Source of the DNA: Octopus sinensis
Taxonomy: Eukaryota
Assembly: GCF_006345805.1 (NCBI RefSeq)
Contig: NC_043001.1
Span: 76,756,001-76,820,000, forward strand
Direction: 5' to 3'
Length of the DNA: 64,000 bases
Made by a program: the position numbers and the translations under genes. The notes under the pieces were generated by a model that worked only from the letters and a program-made list of their open reading frames with translations, was not told where the DNA came from and did not search any database. Shown here one piece after another: positions 23,426 to 36,650 of the stretch (its first letter is position 1; the number at the start of each line of letters is the position of its first letter).

Positions 23426-24784
23426 AGCATTTGATTTTTCGACTGTCATTACCCCAAACTTTTGTGAGTTAAATTATGCAAACACTATATATGAGAGAGA
23501 TTTTCTTTAGTATTAGAAATAGCCTTTTAAAAATGTTTAGCTGCTATTTCTAATGAGTTCAGTATGCGGCAAAGTAATTTATTTTACTAAGCCCTTTTAT
23601 ATAATGTAAAATTTGAATTCGCCTTGAATGGTCCCTTTGCATACTGAACACTGGTGAAATTGATTAATAATAATTAATTTTGCCCTCAATTGTTGAAATT
23701 ATAATTAATCTCCCTCTGAGTAATGCTTCGGACTTACCGAAATAAGCCTAGAGTTTGATGATTTTAACCCACGCTGGTGGAAAGGGGAGAACAGAGATTC
23801 TTCGCTTGCTATTTTGAATTTGTTGGCACCCTGTTAGTTGGAGCCGATCTTCGAGAGGGTATGTTCTTATTTTCAGTGTTTCCCAATCCAACACCAAGGA
23901 ATTTCGAGCCGATGATAAAGAAATGTTGTTTTGACTAATCTTGAAACGTACGTTCTCGAAATACCTTAGCATTTGATTTTCGATGTCATTACCCCCAAAC
24001 TTTTGTGAGTTAAATTATGCAAACACTATAATGAGAGAGATTTTCTTAAGTATTAGAAATAGCCTTAAAAATGTTTTTTAGCTGGCTATTTCTAATGAGT
24101 TCAGTATGCGGCAAAGTAATTTATTTTACTAAGCCCTTTTATATAATGTAATAATTTGAATTCGCCTTGAATGGTCCCTTTGCATACTGAACACTTGGTG
24201 AAATTGATTAATAATTAATTAATTTTGCCCTCAATTGTTGAAATTATAATTAATCTCTCCTGATTAATGCTTCGGACTTTACGAAATAAGCATAGAGTTT
24301 GATGATTTTAACCCACGCTGGTGGAAAGGGGAGAACAGAGATTCTTCGCTTGCTTATTTTGAATTGTTGGCACTGTTTAGTTGGGAGCAGATCTTCGAGA
24401 GGGTATGTTCTTATTTTCGTGTTTCCACATCCAAACCAAGGAATTTCCGAGCCGATGATAGAAATGTTGTTTTGACTAATCTTGAAACGTACGTTCTCGA
24501 ATAACCTTAGCATTTGATTTTTTCGATGTCATTACCCCCAACTTTTTGAGTTAAATTATGCAAACACTAATATGAGAGAGATTTTCTTTAAGTATTAGAA
24601 ATAGCCTTAAAAATGTTTTTTAGCTGCTATTTCTAATGAGTTCAGTATGCGGCAAAGTAATTTATTTTACTAAGCCCTTTTATATAATGTAATAATTTGA
24701 ATTCGCCTTGAATGGTCCCTTTGCATACTGAACACTTGGTGAAATTGATTAATAATTAATTAATTTTGCCCTCAATTGTTGAAA

Positions 24785-24825
24785 TGTATATATATATATA
24801 TATTCATGTTTATATATATATTGTG

Positions 24826-24856
<31 letters not shown>

Positions 24857-25172
24857 ATGTATATATATGTATTTATATATGTATATATATATATATTCAT
24901 GTTTATATATATATTGTGTGTGTGTATATATATATATGTATATATATATGTATTTATATATGTATATATATTCATGTTTATACATATATTTATGTATATA
25001 TACGTATTTATGTATATATACATATATATAGATATATATATATATATTTATGTGTATATATATCTATGTATATGTATATTTATGTATGTATGTAAGTATA
25101 TATATGTAAGTATATATATGTAAGTATATATATATATACATACATACATACATACATACATACATACATACA

Positions 25173-25207
<35 letters not shown>

Positions 25208-25406
25208 GTGTGTGTGTATATGTAGGTAAATGTGTATGCATATATGTATATATATAAATATATATATATAGGTGTATATGTGTGTGTGTGTATATATATA
25301 TATATAGGTATATATATGTATATATAAATGTAGGTATATATAGGTATATATGTATATATAAATGTAGGTATATATAGGTATATATGTATATATAAATGTA
25401 GGTATA

Positions 25407-25446
<40 letters not shown>

Positions 25447-26120
25447 TATGTAGGTATATATATATATAGGTATATATGTATATATAAATGTAGGTATATA
25501 TATGTATTTATATGTATATATATATATAGGTATATATGTATATATAAATGTAGGTATATATATGTATTTATATGTATATATATATATAGGTATATATGTA
25601 TATATAAATGTAGGTATATATATGTATTTATATGTATATATGTATATAGGTATATATATGTATATATAAATGTAGGTATATATATATGTATTTATATGTA
25701 TATATGTATATAGGTATATATATGTATTTATATGTATATATGTATATAGGTATATATATGTATTTATATGTATATAGGTATATATATGTATTTATATGTA
25801 TATAGGTATATATATGTATTTATATGTATATAGGTATATATATGTATTTATATGTATATAGGTATATATATGTATTTATATGTATATAGGTATATATATG
25901 TATTTATATGTATATATGTATATAGGTATATATATGTATTTATATGTATATATGTATATAGGTATATATATGTATTTATATGTATATATATATATATTAT
26001 ATATATATATATACGTGTATGTATATATGTATGTATGCATATATATACATACATTATATATATACACATATATACATAGACACATTTATACATACACACA
26101 TATATATATAATATATATAC
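24785..26120. repeat. Compound TA-rich micro/minisatellite (units such as TATATAGGTATATATATGTATT)
   Basis: Directly visible periodicity of about 20-40 bp. Confidence 0.9.
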
Positions 26121-26268
26121 ATTCGGGATAACCATATTTTTATGATTTCTGTTAGCTTGCTTTCCTCATTATTAATATAAGTGAAATTATTTTATGTATT
26201 TAGACGATTTAACGTCTATTTTTCAGCATTTTTGCAAAGAAAAGTTTTCTCTTCTGCCCTTATTAATG

Positions 26269-26318
<50 letters not shown>

Positions 26319-26554
26319 CATACATACATACACACTCAGTGTTTTCGTTTAGGGATAATGATACTAATAACCAGCAGTTAGAACTCAGTATAGTTATATA
26401 GTTATGCTTTAGAGTAAAGCATTAGACAAGTACAAAGCATAATAATTAATGAATGACAAGAAAATAGAAGGTATTTAATCACCTTTAGTAGCTTACAACT
26501 GTTTCTACTATAAGAAGCAGTGCACTGAGAGATGAGTGTTTGTGCAACATCCTA

Positions 26555-26770
26555 CAAGGGGGTCCTGAAAATTTCCTGACGTTAAGGATATCATGAAAGT
26601 CCTGGCTGGAGGTTCAGTCTTCCGAGTTCTTTTACAGGGCTTAGAAAAATTAATGGACTGCTGCAATAAATGCGTGAATTTGAGAGGGGAATATGCTGAA
26701 TAAAATCATAATTAACTGATCTGCCTATATTTTCTTTGAGCCAAGGTCGGGAATTTTTCAGTATTCCTCA
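26555..26770 (+). mobile_element. mariner deletion derivative (MITE) retaining the transposase C-terminus
   Basis: TA|CAAGGGGGTCCTGAAAATTTCCTGAC versus right end GTCGGGAATTTTTCAGTATTCCTCAT. Encodes FLQGLEKLMDCCNKCVNLRGEYAE*, the mariner C-terminal motif. Confidence 0.8.
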
Positions 26771-27259
26771 TTTTGCTTCTTCAGAGCGAATTGTATACAT
26801 GCATATATTATGTGTGTGGGTGTCTGTGTTACTGGTCATCAAATCATTCAAATGAACTATTTTTACAAATATTATTTTTTTTCTACTCATTGCACAAGGC
26901 CCGAAATTTTTATGGGGGGGGGAGGTGGAGGGTAGGCGGTCAGTTGATTAGATCAACCCCTGTATGCAACTGGTACTTAATTTATCGACCCCGAAAGTAT
27001 GAAAGGCAAAGTTGATCTCGGCGGAATTTGAACTCATAACGTAAAGACAGAGGAAATACCTATTTCTTTACTACCCACAAAGGGCTAAATACAGAGAGGA
27101 CCAACAAGGACAGAACGTAACGGCAGACGAAATCCGGCTACACATTTCGCCCGGCATGCTAACGTTTCTGCCAGCCTGCCGCCTTCTGTTTTTTTTTACA
27201 AATATTGCCAAGACATGGGACGAAGTGGTGAAGCATGATCTTCTTCAAATGTTGGGCCT

Positions 27260-27530
27260 CACAGAGGCAATGACTAGTGACCAAGACCTGTAGCGATATG
27301 CCCTGCTTGAGAAGACCCGTCAAGCCAAGTGAAATCGTAGTTATGGCGAATGTCGGTAGCACGTTAAAGCTCCCACTACACTCTCTGAGTGGTTGGAGTT
27401 AGGAAGGGCATCCAGCCATAGAAACCATACCAAATCAGACTGGAGTCTAATGCAACCCCTCAGCTTACCAACCCTGGTCAAACCGTCCAGCCCATGCTTG
27501 CATGGACAACGGATATTAAATGATGATGAT
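27260..27530 (+). mobile_element. RTE-type LINE 3' end
   Basis: Encodes a C-terminal LEKTRQAK* followed by a 3' UTR (GAGTGGTTGGAGTTAGGAAGGGCATCCAGCC) and a (GAT)n tail. Confidence 0.65.
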
Positions 27531-27745
27531 GATTTGCAGATTTTATTGGTGCATTGATTCATTAAGACTCATCCATGAAGAAATTGTCATCAGTCTCTTT
27601 TGAAACCCTGAAGAAAAACCAAAATTATCTAAGTTTCTATAATTCTGTCTGACTGCGGTGGTATTACCTTTGTTTGGAACCATTGAATAAACTCAATCCT
27701 TTCTTTGAGTGGGTTCTCACACTGCTTTAGACGGTGGTAATACTT

Positions 27746-27975
27746 AGGCGAGCTGGCAGAATCGTTAGCACGCCGGGCGAAATGCTTAGCGGTATTTCGT
27801 CTGCTGTGACGTTCTGAGTTCAAATTCCGCCAAGGTCGACTTTGCCTTTCATCCTTTCGGGGTCGATAAATTAAGTACCAGTTACGCACTGGGGTCGATG
27901 TTATCGACTTAATACCTATGTCTGTCCTTGTTTGTCCCCTCTGTGTTTAGCCCCTTGTGGGTAATAAAGAAATAA
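27746..27975 (+). mobile_element. SINE family A, full length
   Basis: Head, B box, Meta-like core, and tail GTTTAGCCCCTTGTGGGTAATAAAGAAAT. Confidence 0.85.
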
Positions 27976-28805
27976 GTAATACTTAATGCCTTTAGCTGTT
28001 TCAGACCAACCTAGATTGGGAATATGGGAGCAAGAAATATGGATAGAGTTAACTACACTTCATAGATACGTAGCCTTAACGTACATTGGTTACTTCTTTT
28101 GTTTGTTTGTTTTTATTTAAAAGAAAAAAAGATGAAAGAGGAATGAGTTCCAGAGGGAGTATATCTAAGGAAGCAAAGATATGTTTACAAGAGCTTAGTG
28201 CAAAGTCTTGCAAGACCCAGTAAGCGCGAAGAGGAGGATTAAGTTGGTTGTTTTATCATGTCTGTTAACCAACCGTATTGTCACGTGGTATTTCGTTCTC
28301 TGTATCTCTCTCTCACTCACTCTCTCTCTCACTCACTCTCTCTCTCACTCACTCTCTCTCTCACTCACTCTCTCTCTCTCTCTCTCTCTCTCCACACGCA
28401 TATTTCAACGTACGCGAAAAAGGCCTAACGCGAAACGGTTTCGCGTTAAGTCTTCTTCGGCTCTACATTGTATTCTTCTTTTGTTCTTTGATAAATTCAC
28501 GCAAAAAATAAGCCTCAACTACAGTTGATTGTTTACCTGACTTGACGTCGGTCTCGGCGAACATGTTTAAAATCATACAATAATTTTTTTTTTTTTTTAA
28601 TGCTTAGAAACCAATACTGAGGTGGGAAAATCAAATAAAATACGTGAAAATATGTACAAACTATTCATCTAAAGCAAATATAAAACATGTCTTGCAACTG
28701 ATCACCGACGAAGTTTGAGGTATGCATGTATACATACACTTGTAATAATAAGAATTCGTTAACCACGTGACTTTGATGCTTCTCACATTTTAGTAATGAG
28801 GTCTA

Positions 28806-29265
28806 AGGCGGCGAGCTGGCAGAAACGTTAGCACGCCGGGCAAAATGCTTAGCGGTATTTCGTCTGCGTTACGTTGTGAGTTCAAATTCCGCCGAGGTCG
28901 ACTTTGCCTTTCATCCTTTCGGGGTCGATAAATTAAGTACCAGTTACGCACTGGGGTCGATGTAATCGACTTAATACCTATGTCTGTCTTTGTTGTCCCC
29001 TCTGTGTTTAGCCCCTTGTGGGTAATAAAGAAATAGGTATTTCGTCTGCCGTTACGTTCTGAGTTCAAATACCGCCGAGGTCGACTTTGCCTTTCATCCT
29101 TTCGGGGTCGATTAAATATGTACCAGTTACGCACTGGAGTCGATATAATCGACTTAATCCGTGTGTCTGTCCTTGTTTGTCCCTTCTGTGTTTAGCCCCT
29201 TGTGGGTAGTAAAGAAATGGGTATTTCGTGTGTCTAAGTTCAAATTCCACCGAGGTCGACTTACT
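28806..29265 (+). mobile_element. SINE family A head-to-tail multimer (1 full + 2 partial)
   Basis: The tail AAAGAAATAGGTATTTCG runs directly into the internal GGTATTTCGTCTG at about 29036 and again at about 29220. Confidence 0.85.
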
Positions 29266-29840
29266 CCTTTCCTTGAATATTAAAGCTACTACTCAAGGAT
29301 TCGAACCTTGCAATCAACTTACTCCTTTCGTTGAATTTGCTGGTCTTGTGCCAAAATTTGAAACCGTATAATCACGAACCTCCAAAGTGGTCAATATTTA
29401 TTGATTCTTGGGGTAGTGGTCTAAGTGGCTATCCAAGGAGTCAACGAAGACCTGAGTTTTTGTTGTTCTTTATCAATTTTCGTCAAGCATTTTCATTAAA
29501 TTTATTTTTAATATCTCTTAGAAAAACGCGATAATGGCTCAAAAGAACGAAGGAATTATTGTTTAAATCCACCAAAATTTTATTAAGAATGCTTTTTATT
29601 TTAGAAATTTATTAAGAAGTTTTCATTGATAACGCTGACCCCTGCTCTGCGTGGTTGTTCAAGCAGCTAGAAATAGCAGCCAAATTTCCATCACTTTTTA
29701 AAGAAAAACAAAGGAAGTACACACACACAAAGTAATGCGAATCTGGACAGAAAATAAACAAAAAAATTCCAATAAGAAGACAATAGTCAAGACTAGATCA
29801 TCTTTGATTACAGGTCCGCTCGATGAGGGTAACCTGGAGC

Positions 29841-30065
29841 AGATCTTGTTAAAATTCTTCCAACCACTTGATGTATTTTAAATTTTCACCAATTATTTTC
29901 CAAAAAAAATGTAAATTTGCATGCTGATATCGAAAATGGCATTCATTTTTTTTCTAGAAATTAATAATAATAATTTCTATTTCTGTGTAGAAAATTCGAA
30001 ATAAAAAAAAGATCTGGTGAAAACTTGAAATACTTTGAGTGGTTGAAAGAATTTTAACAAGGTCC
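29841..30065. mobile_element. MITE with ~50-bp TIRs and an 8-bp TSD
   Basis: AGATCTTGTTAAAATTCTTCCAACCACTTG... versus ...GAGTGGTTGAAAGAATTTTAACAAGGTCC. TSD CCTGGAGC at 29833-29840 and 30066-30073. Confidence 0.85.
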
Positions 30066-30566
30066 CCTGGAGCATCCGCAACACGATACGTCTTTCACCA
30101 CCAGAAGCAAACTAAAACGGCATGTGATTCTTGTCATAAAGAATAGAACTTTTGTGCAATGAAGTTTTTTTTTTTTCAGTTTCATTATTGTTTAGCCCAG
30201 AGTAGCTCTGAGCAGATCTATGATCCAAGGAGATCCAACCGTGACTGTCCCGTCTTTTTTGTACATGACAGATTACCGTATTTTGCGGCAAGAGAGACGC
30301 AGATTTTTGTTTAAAAACAAAAGTGGAAATACCAAGCGTTTTCGGTATTCCTACAGAAGTTAGTTCCCCACTCCCAACGACTTTGTTTCCTTGTAACTTT
30401 CAGGAAATAGGTAATTTTGATATTTTCTACAAACACCTTTCAGATAGTGTAGATTACGATTATTTCGGAATTTAACGAGAAAAACATAATTGATGGATGC
30501 AACACATACATACTGATAGACATCACATAATTAAAAAAAAAAAAAAAATTAATTTCAAATTTCATA

Positions 30567-30943
30567 GGCGCGGGTATGGCTGTGTGGTAAGAAGCTTGCT
30601 TCTCAAACATGTAACACCAGGTTCAATCCCACTACATGGCACCTTGGGCAAGTGTCTTCTATTATAGCCTTGCACCGACCAGCGCCTTGTGAGTGGATAT
30701 GGTTGACGGAAACTGAAAGAAGCTTATCGTGTGTGTGTGCATGTATATATATATATATATATATATATATTTGCTGTAGTTCCAGCTCATAGCTGTGGCC
30801 ATGCTGATGCACCGCCGTTAACTAGACCTCCCCGGCGAGGAATCGAACCCCGGTTTCCCGCGTGACAGGCGGGGATATTTACCACTATATTACCGAGGAC
30901 TGGCATATATATTATATACTTCAGCCATGCTAGGTCACCGCCA

Positions 30944-31005
<62 letters not shown>

Positions 31006-31218
31006 GTGTGTGTATGTGTCTGTGCGAGACTTTGTCGTCTCCCCACCACTGCTTGACAACCGTTGCCGGTGTATTTACGTCCCCATAACTTAGCGGTTCG
31101 ACAAAAGTAACCGATAAAATAAGTACCAGGCTTTTAAAAAGTACTGGGGTCGATACATTCGATTACAAAATTCTTCAAGGCGGTGCCCCAGCATGGCTGC
31201 AGTGTAATGACTGAAGCA
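30567..31218 (+). mobile_element. SINE family B interrupted in its internal microsatellite
   Basis: The 5' half (30567-30740) and 3' half (about 31010-31218) are separated by TA repeats, two antisense SINE-tail fragments and a tRNA copy. Confidence 0.7.
30828..30899 (-). tRNA. tRNA-Asp(GTC), divergent; gene or pseudogene
   Basis: TCCTCGGTAATATAGTGGTAAATATCCCCGCCTGTCACGCGGGAAACCGGGGTTCGATTCCTCGCCGGGGAG (72 nt). All four stems pair, the anticodon is GTC, and there is no adjacent oligo-T terminator. Confidence 0.8.
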
Positions 31219-31382
31219 AATTATATATATATATATAGGTAAACAGTAACATTAATTACAGACATGGACAAGAACATGAAACACCACAGAGACGACACAA
31301 GAACCACAGGACGGGACATTCGAAGCCCTCAGTCATCAGTCAAGAACCAGATCATCTTAGCAATTTCGGCTGATTAATCTTG

Positions 31383-31457
<75 letters not shown>

Positions 31458-31968
31458 TGTCTGTACGTCTGTGGGCGCCCATCAGTTCCTTTTTTCACCT
31501 TAAATCCTGATACAATCTACATTTAAAAGTTATTTGTAAGCAATTTCATTTAAAAAAAATACCCATTTTTCTGACAGTTATGAGGAAACAGTCAACTCGT
31601 GTGAATTATTCAAAACTCCTCCCTCCGAATAATTTTTTAAAACAAATTCCGACTGCAAGGTATATGGAGAAAATTGTTTTAAAAAATCATCCATTTTTCT
31701 GAACTGGAAACAAATTCGAGGGATGTCACACTTGTCTAGGTATATCACGTCTTCCACGACGCTAATTGAGAAAGTTGTTATTGTGATTTTCTTAAGGCAG
31801 TGATCAGTGATGTGTTGTACACACGGTGTGGTTGGCATTGTCCGCAGTCGCAGTCGGGCCCTAATAGCTGGTAGGTGGTTAGCATTGATAAGTGTGGTAT
31901 GATCACCATGCTGTGTGACATGAACAGTTGCAGGGGTGTTAAAGTGGAGAACATATACATATCTATCA

Positions 31969-32020
<52 letters not shown>

Positions 32021-32525
32021 AAATAAAAAATATATGCATACATACAAACATATATGTACGTACCTACATCTACATGTATATATACATGCATATATAAATA
32101 ATTATACGTGAGTACAGGACACCACAATAAGACGTAGAAACGGGAAAATAAAAAAAACAAAAAACAAGAAAACGAAAAAACAAGAAAACGAAAAAAAACA
32201 GTTACAGGACGTGCTACACAAGGAAAAAACCCCCGTCATCAGCTGTCGCTAGTAGAGTCAAGCATGTTTCGAAGGCAGAGACAGAACACTAATCCACTAG
32301 GCCTTCCTGCGAGAGAATTAAAATAAAATTCCAAGCAGCGGGGCAAAATGAGTACGAACACGAACAGGACGTAACAATAAAACTGCAAAAATAAAAATAC
32401 ATGTACAAAAAATACAAATAAATACAAAACGAGAAAAGAAAAAGAAATACAAAACGAGAAAATAAAATAAAAAGAGAAATACATATATGTATATACATAT
32501 ATATATATACATATATATACATATA

Positions 32526-32888
32526 TCTCTCTCTATATAAACGGCAGTTTGTCTGTGTGTCTGTTTTCTCGTACCCTCACTCTGACCACGGCTTTCAACC
32601 GATTCTGATGAAACTTGACACACACATAGCCCAATGTCATAATTCAAAACTAACGCAGCGAAAATTTTGAAAAGTTCCCCCAGTTCTGAAAAAAATCGAT
32701 AAATTCGACATGGGGTCGAGAATCAGAAACCCAAACCACAGACCGTCTAGGAGACGCAACTCCCCCTTTTTTAAATCTCAAAAAAAAATTTACCATCATT
32801 TTTTTGCTATTTTTTGGCTATAACTCTCTAAAAATGCTTTATAGTTATTTCCCTTACAAACCTGAGCAACGCCGGGCGATACTGCTAG
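32526..32888 (+). mobile_element. Non-autonomous Helitron
   Basis: 5' A|TC start (TCTCTCTCTATATAAACGGCAG), subterminal hairpin-like CCTGAGCAACGCCGGG, and 3' CTAG|T end. Inserted in a TA microsatellite. Confidence 0.75.
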
Positions 32889-32889
32889 T

Positions 32890-32904
32890 GTATATATATA
32901 TATG

Positions 32905-32944
<40 letters not shown>

Positions 32945-33387
32945 TGTATATATATATGTATATACATATATGTATATATATGTATATACATATATGTATA
33001 TATATGTATATACATATATGTATATATATGTATATACATATATGTATATATATGTATATACATATATGTATATATATGTATATACATATATGTATATATA
33101 TGTATATACATATATGTATATATATATGTATATACATATATGTATATATATGTATATACATATATGTATATATATATGTATATACATATATGTATATATA
33201 TGTATATACATATATATATATATATATTATATACATATATGTATATATATGTATATACATATATGTATATATATGTATATACATATATGTATATACATAT
33301 ATGTATATATATGTATATACATATATGTATATATGTATATACATATATGTATACATACACATATTTATATACATACATATATATATT

Positions 33388-33452
<65 letters not shown>
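32890..33452. repeat. TA microsatellite with an 18-bp higher-order unit (TATATATGTATATACATA)
   Basis: Directly visible periodicity. Confidence 0.9.
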
Positions 33453-33455
<3 letters not shown>

Positions 33456-34242
33456 ATGAGTGTCTTTCGAGGGAATTTGTTCATTTTTAGCATATCGACT
33501 TATGCAGAGGTGTCTTCGTTGGTTTGAGGTTAAAATGGATGTTTAAAGTAATGATGAATAAATAACTCAGAGCATACATATGGTATGCAATATGTCCTTC
33601 CCTTTTTCCTTTCTTATACATAATACGTTAAGGTATGGGTTTTAAAGGAGTTTGGCTGTTATTTCTAGCAAATCGAACGGTCGCGAAACCGCATCTTCAT
33701 TAGTTCGTATTATTTTGCATGCAAAAGGCAAAAACAGCCTGATTTGCATCATAAGAAAAATCAATCAGTATTTCGAATACTGGTTGGTATCTTTGATGAC
33801 TGTCTGAATATTTCTAGTCTCGAGGTATTAAAAATATATATATATGTATTTAAAAAGCAAAAGTTAAAATAAAGTGAAACTATAGAGATTGCTTTAAACT
33901 GATTTATGGCCGTCTTAAGATGGTTTGTCAGACAGAAACAAAGAGAAATCTATCAAGATTCGTCTTTCTTTACTTCTTTATTATTGTTATTATTCGGATG
34001 TATTTTTTTTGGCAAATAGTTTTTTTTTTTGTTTTTGTTTTTGATCTGAAATGATGTGTTGAAACAAATATTAGTGTTTCGCAAGAACCAGTCACACACA
34101 CACATATACACACACAATATTTTATCAACGTAAAATACTACAGGAGTTACTCAAGCACATAGTTTTTCGTGTTAAAAGCACATTGTCAGACAACTCTGGG
34201 AATATTAAAGCTACTACTCAAGGAACCGAACCTTGAAATTCT

Positions 34243-34613
34243 TACTCTTTTACTCTCTTACCTGTTTCAGTCATTTGACTGCGGCCATGCTGGAGCACCG
34301 CCTTTAGTCGAGCAAATCGACCCCAGGACTTATTCTTTGTAAGCCTAGTAACTTATTCTATCGGTCTCTTTTGCCGAACCGCTAAGTTACGGAGACGCAA
34401 ACACACCAGCATCGGTTGTCAAGCGATGTTGGGGGACAAACACACACACACACATATATACATACATATATACGACGGGCTTCTTTCAGTTTCTGTCTAC
34501 CAAATCCACTCACAAGGCTTTGGTCAGCCCGAAGCTATAGTAGAAGACACTTGCCCAACCTGGAACCATGTGGTTGGTAAGCAAGCTACTTACCATACAG
34601 CCACTCCTGCGCC
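34243..34613 (-). mobile_element. SINE family B
   Basis: High similarity to 7170-7573. Confidence 0.85.
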
Positions 34614-34671
34614 TATAAATGTTTAACATTTTTCAAAACCCTCCCTGCTCTCTCTCTCTCCCCACGCACGC

Positions 34672-34709
<38 letters not shown>

Positions 34710-34814
34710 GAAATTGGTTTCAAACAACACCTCAAACCATAAAGATAATAAATATTTTTGTCTTGGAAATTAGTATTCGTTTCAAACATGAGTTCATGTT
34801 CCATCTTTTTTGGT

Positions 34815-35212
34815 GGCTATATGGTAAGAGATTTACTTCCCAACCACATGGTCCCGAGTTCAGTCCCATAGCGTAGCACCTTGGGCAAGTGCCTTCTACA
34901 ATAGCCTCGGGTTGACCAAAGCCTTGTGAGTGAATTTGGTAGACGGAAAACGAAAGAAGCCTGCTGTGTGTGAGAGTGCGCGTGTGTGTGTCTGTGTCTA
35001 TATGTATATATCTGTGTGTGTATGTTTGTGTCTATATGCCCACCACTTGACAACCGGTGTTGGTGTGTTTACGTCCCTGTAACTTAGCGATTCGGCAAAT
35101 TAGAACGATAGAATAATAGTCTTTAAAATAGTCCAGGGGGCGATTTGTTCGCCTAAAATTCTTTCAAGAGGGTGTCCCAGCATGGCCGCTGTCAAAAGAC
35201 TGGAACAAGTAA
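34815..35212 (+). mobile_element. SINE family B
   Basis: Head, CORE-like block, (TG)n and tail present. Confidence 0.8.
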
Positions 35213-35354
35213 AAGATATCTATAATTATTGTATGCCATATTTTTTGATAACCAGGGTGGCGAAAATAAACTTCCAAAGATACCCGTCGTATGACGAGCA
35301 ACACGCTATAATGTATCCTAGTGAAAGCGTGTGTCCTAGTAGGCTGAGGGTGAG

Positions 35355-35665
35355 GACGCATGGCTTAGTGGTTAGGATTTTCGGCTCACGGTCGTGAGTT
35401 CAATTCCCGGCGGCGCGTTGTGTCCTTGAGCAAGACACTTTATTTCACGTTGCTCCAGTCCACTCAGCTGGCGAAACCGAGTTGTAACGGTAATCCAAAG
35501 GGGCCAGTTCTTCTACATTCTGTGTCATGTTGAATCTCCTTGAGAACTACATTAAGGGTGTGCGTGTCTGTGGAATCCTCAGTCACTTGCACGTTAATTT
35601 CACGAGCAAGCTCTTTTGTAGATTGGATCAACTGGAACCTTCGTCGTCGTAACAGACGGAGTACC
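35355..35665 (+). mobile_element. tRNA-derived SINE (family C-related)
   Basis: GCATGGCTTAGTGGTTAGG...GAGTTCAATTCCCG...TGTGTCCTTGAGCAAGACACTTTATTTCACGTTGCTCCAG. Confidence 0.75.
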
Positions 35666-35965
35666 AGTATGTTAGGGTGTTCAGCCTTTGATCATAAGTT
35701 CATGAGTTCAATTCCAAGGCCAGACACTTCATTTCACATTCTTTCTTCAGTCTACTCAGCCATAATGAACACCAACCGACTTCTAGGGCAGCCCTTTCTT
35801 CCTTCAGCTATAACCTCCCAGATATTGCAATCACTTGGTGAGGGACCGATAAAGTGTTTGTGTTTGCTCGCAACTACATAGACACCTAAAAACAAATATC
35901 GAAAATGTGGTGCATGTTACCTAGCCCTTATCGCTCACGTGTGACGTCTAGTTAGATGCATTTAA

Positions 35966-36218
35966 GCCTTAAACGGCGGAAAAGGGTTACATTGTATGTA
36001 TGTGCCAAAGGGGCAGAAAAAGAAAAATCGCTTTTTTCATAAGGGTTATTTTATTCTTATTTTCCCTTTAAATTAGTACAAAACCTACAATAATTGTCTC
36101 TTGCAGAATATGCAAAATGTACGAGTTCATTATCGAAAAATGCCGTAAAATATTCACTATCCTTTGAGATGATGGCCGTATCTGAAAGCATCATTTGATG
36201 ATGGCCGCCGTTTAAAGG
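35966..36218. mobile_element. piggyBac-like MITE
   Basis: TTAA|GCCTTAAACGGCGG...CCGCCGTTTAAAGG|TTAA. Confidence 0.8.
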
Positions 36219-36263
36219 TTAAAGCATTCGTGATATTAATGCAATTTAAGCAAAACAGGCGTG

Positions 36264-36650
36264 GCTTGTGGCAAGAAGTTTGCTTTCCAGCCACGTGGTT
36301 CCGGTTTGAGTCTCACTGCGTGACACCTGGCGCAGGTGTCTTTTACTATATCCCTGGGTCGACCAAAACCTTGTGAGTGGATTTAGTAGACGGAAACTGA
36401 AAGAAGCCCGTCGTTTGTGTGTTATATATGTGTGTCTGTGTTTGTCCCCGCCCCACCGCTTGACAACCGGAGTTGATGTGCTCACCGTCCCTGTAACTTT
36501 AGCGGTTCGGCAAAAGACACCGATGGAATAAGTACTCGGTTTTATAAAGTATAAGCACTGGGGTCGACTCGTTCGACAAAAATTCAAGACGGTGCCCCAG
36601 CATGGCTGCAGTCTGATGGTTGAAACAAATAGAAGATAAAAGATAAAACA
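36264..36650 (+). mobile_element. SINE family B
   Basis: Head, CORE-like block and tail present. Confidence 0.8.

Larger units (their letters stand above)
20911..24784. repeat. Tandem array of a ~540-bp unit with an internal inversion (retrozyme/pLTR-like)
   Basis: Units start at 20911, 21458, 21998, 22538 and 23080 (partial). Orientation flips near 23235, followed by about 2.9 reverse units to 24784. TA-rich microsatellite lies on both flanks. Confidence 0.95.

Noticed and set aside
21107-24513. Recurrent 60-110-aa ORFs in the tandem array
   Set aside because: No recognisable domain (no GIY-YIG or RT motif); frames are broken differently in each unit.
20911-24784. Simple fold-back read artefact as the explanation for the inversion
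   Set aside because: The junction is not mirror-symmetric and the flanks are direct, not inverted, relatives. An assembly error is still not fully excluded.
31578-32051. 157-aa minus-strand ORF
   Set aside because: Starts in TA microsatellite and ends in the ~145-bp repeat family; no recognisable protein.
32796-33527. Long ORFs of 108-228 aa ([12 protein letters not shown] type), here and at 8300-9100, 20500-20950, 24750-26130 and 48200-49110
   Set aside because: Translations of TA/CA microsatellites that lack stops in some frames; no coding signal.
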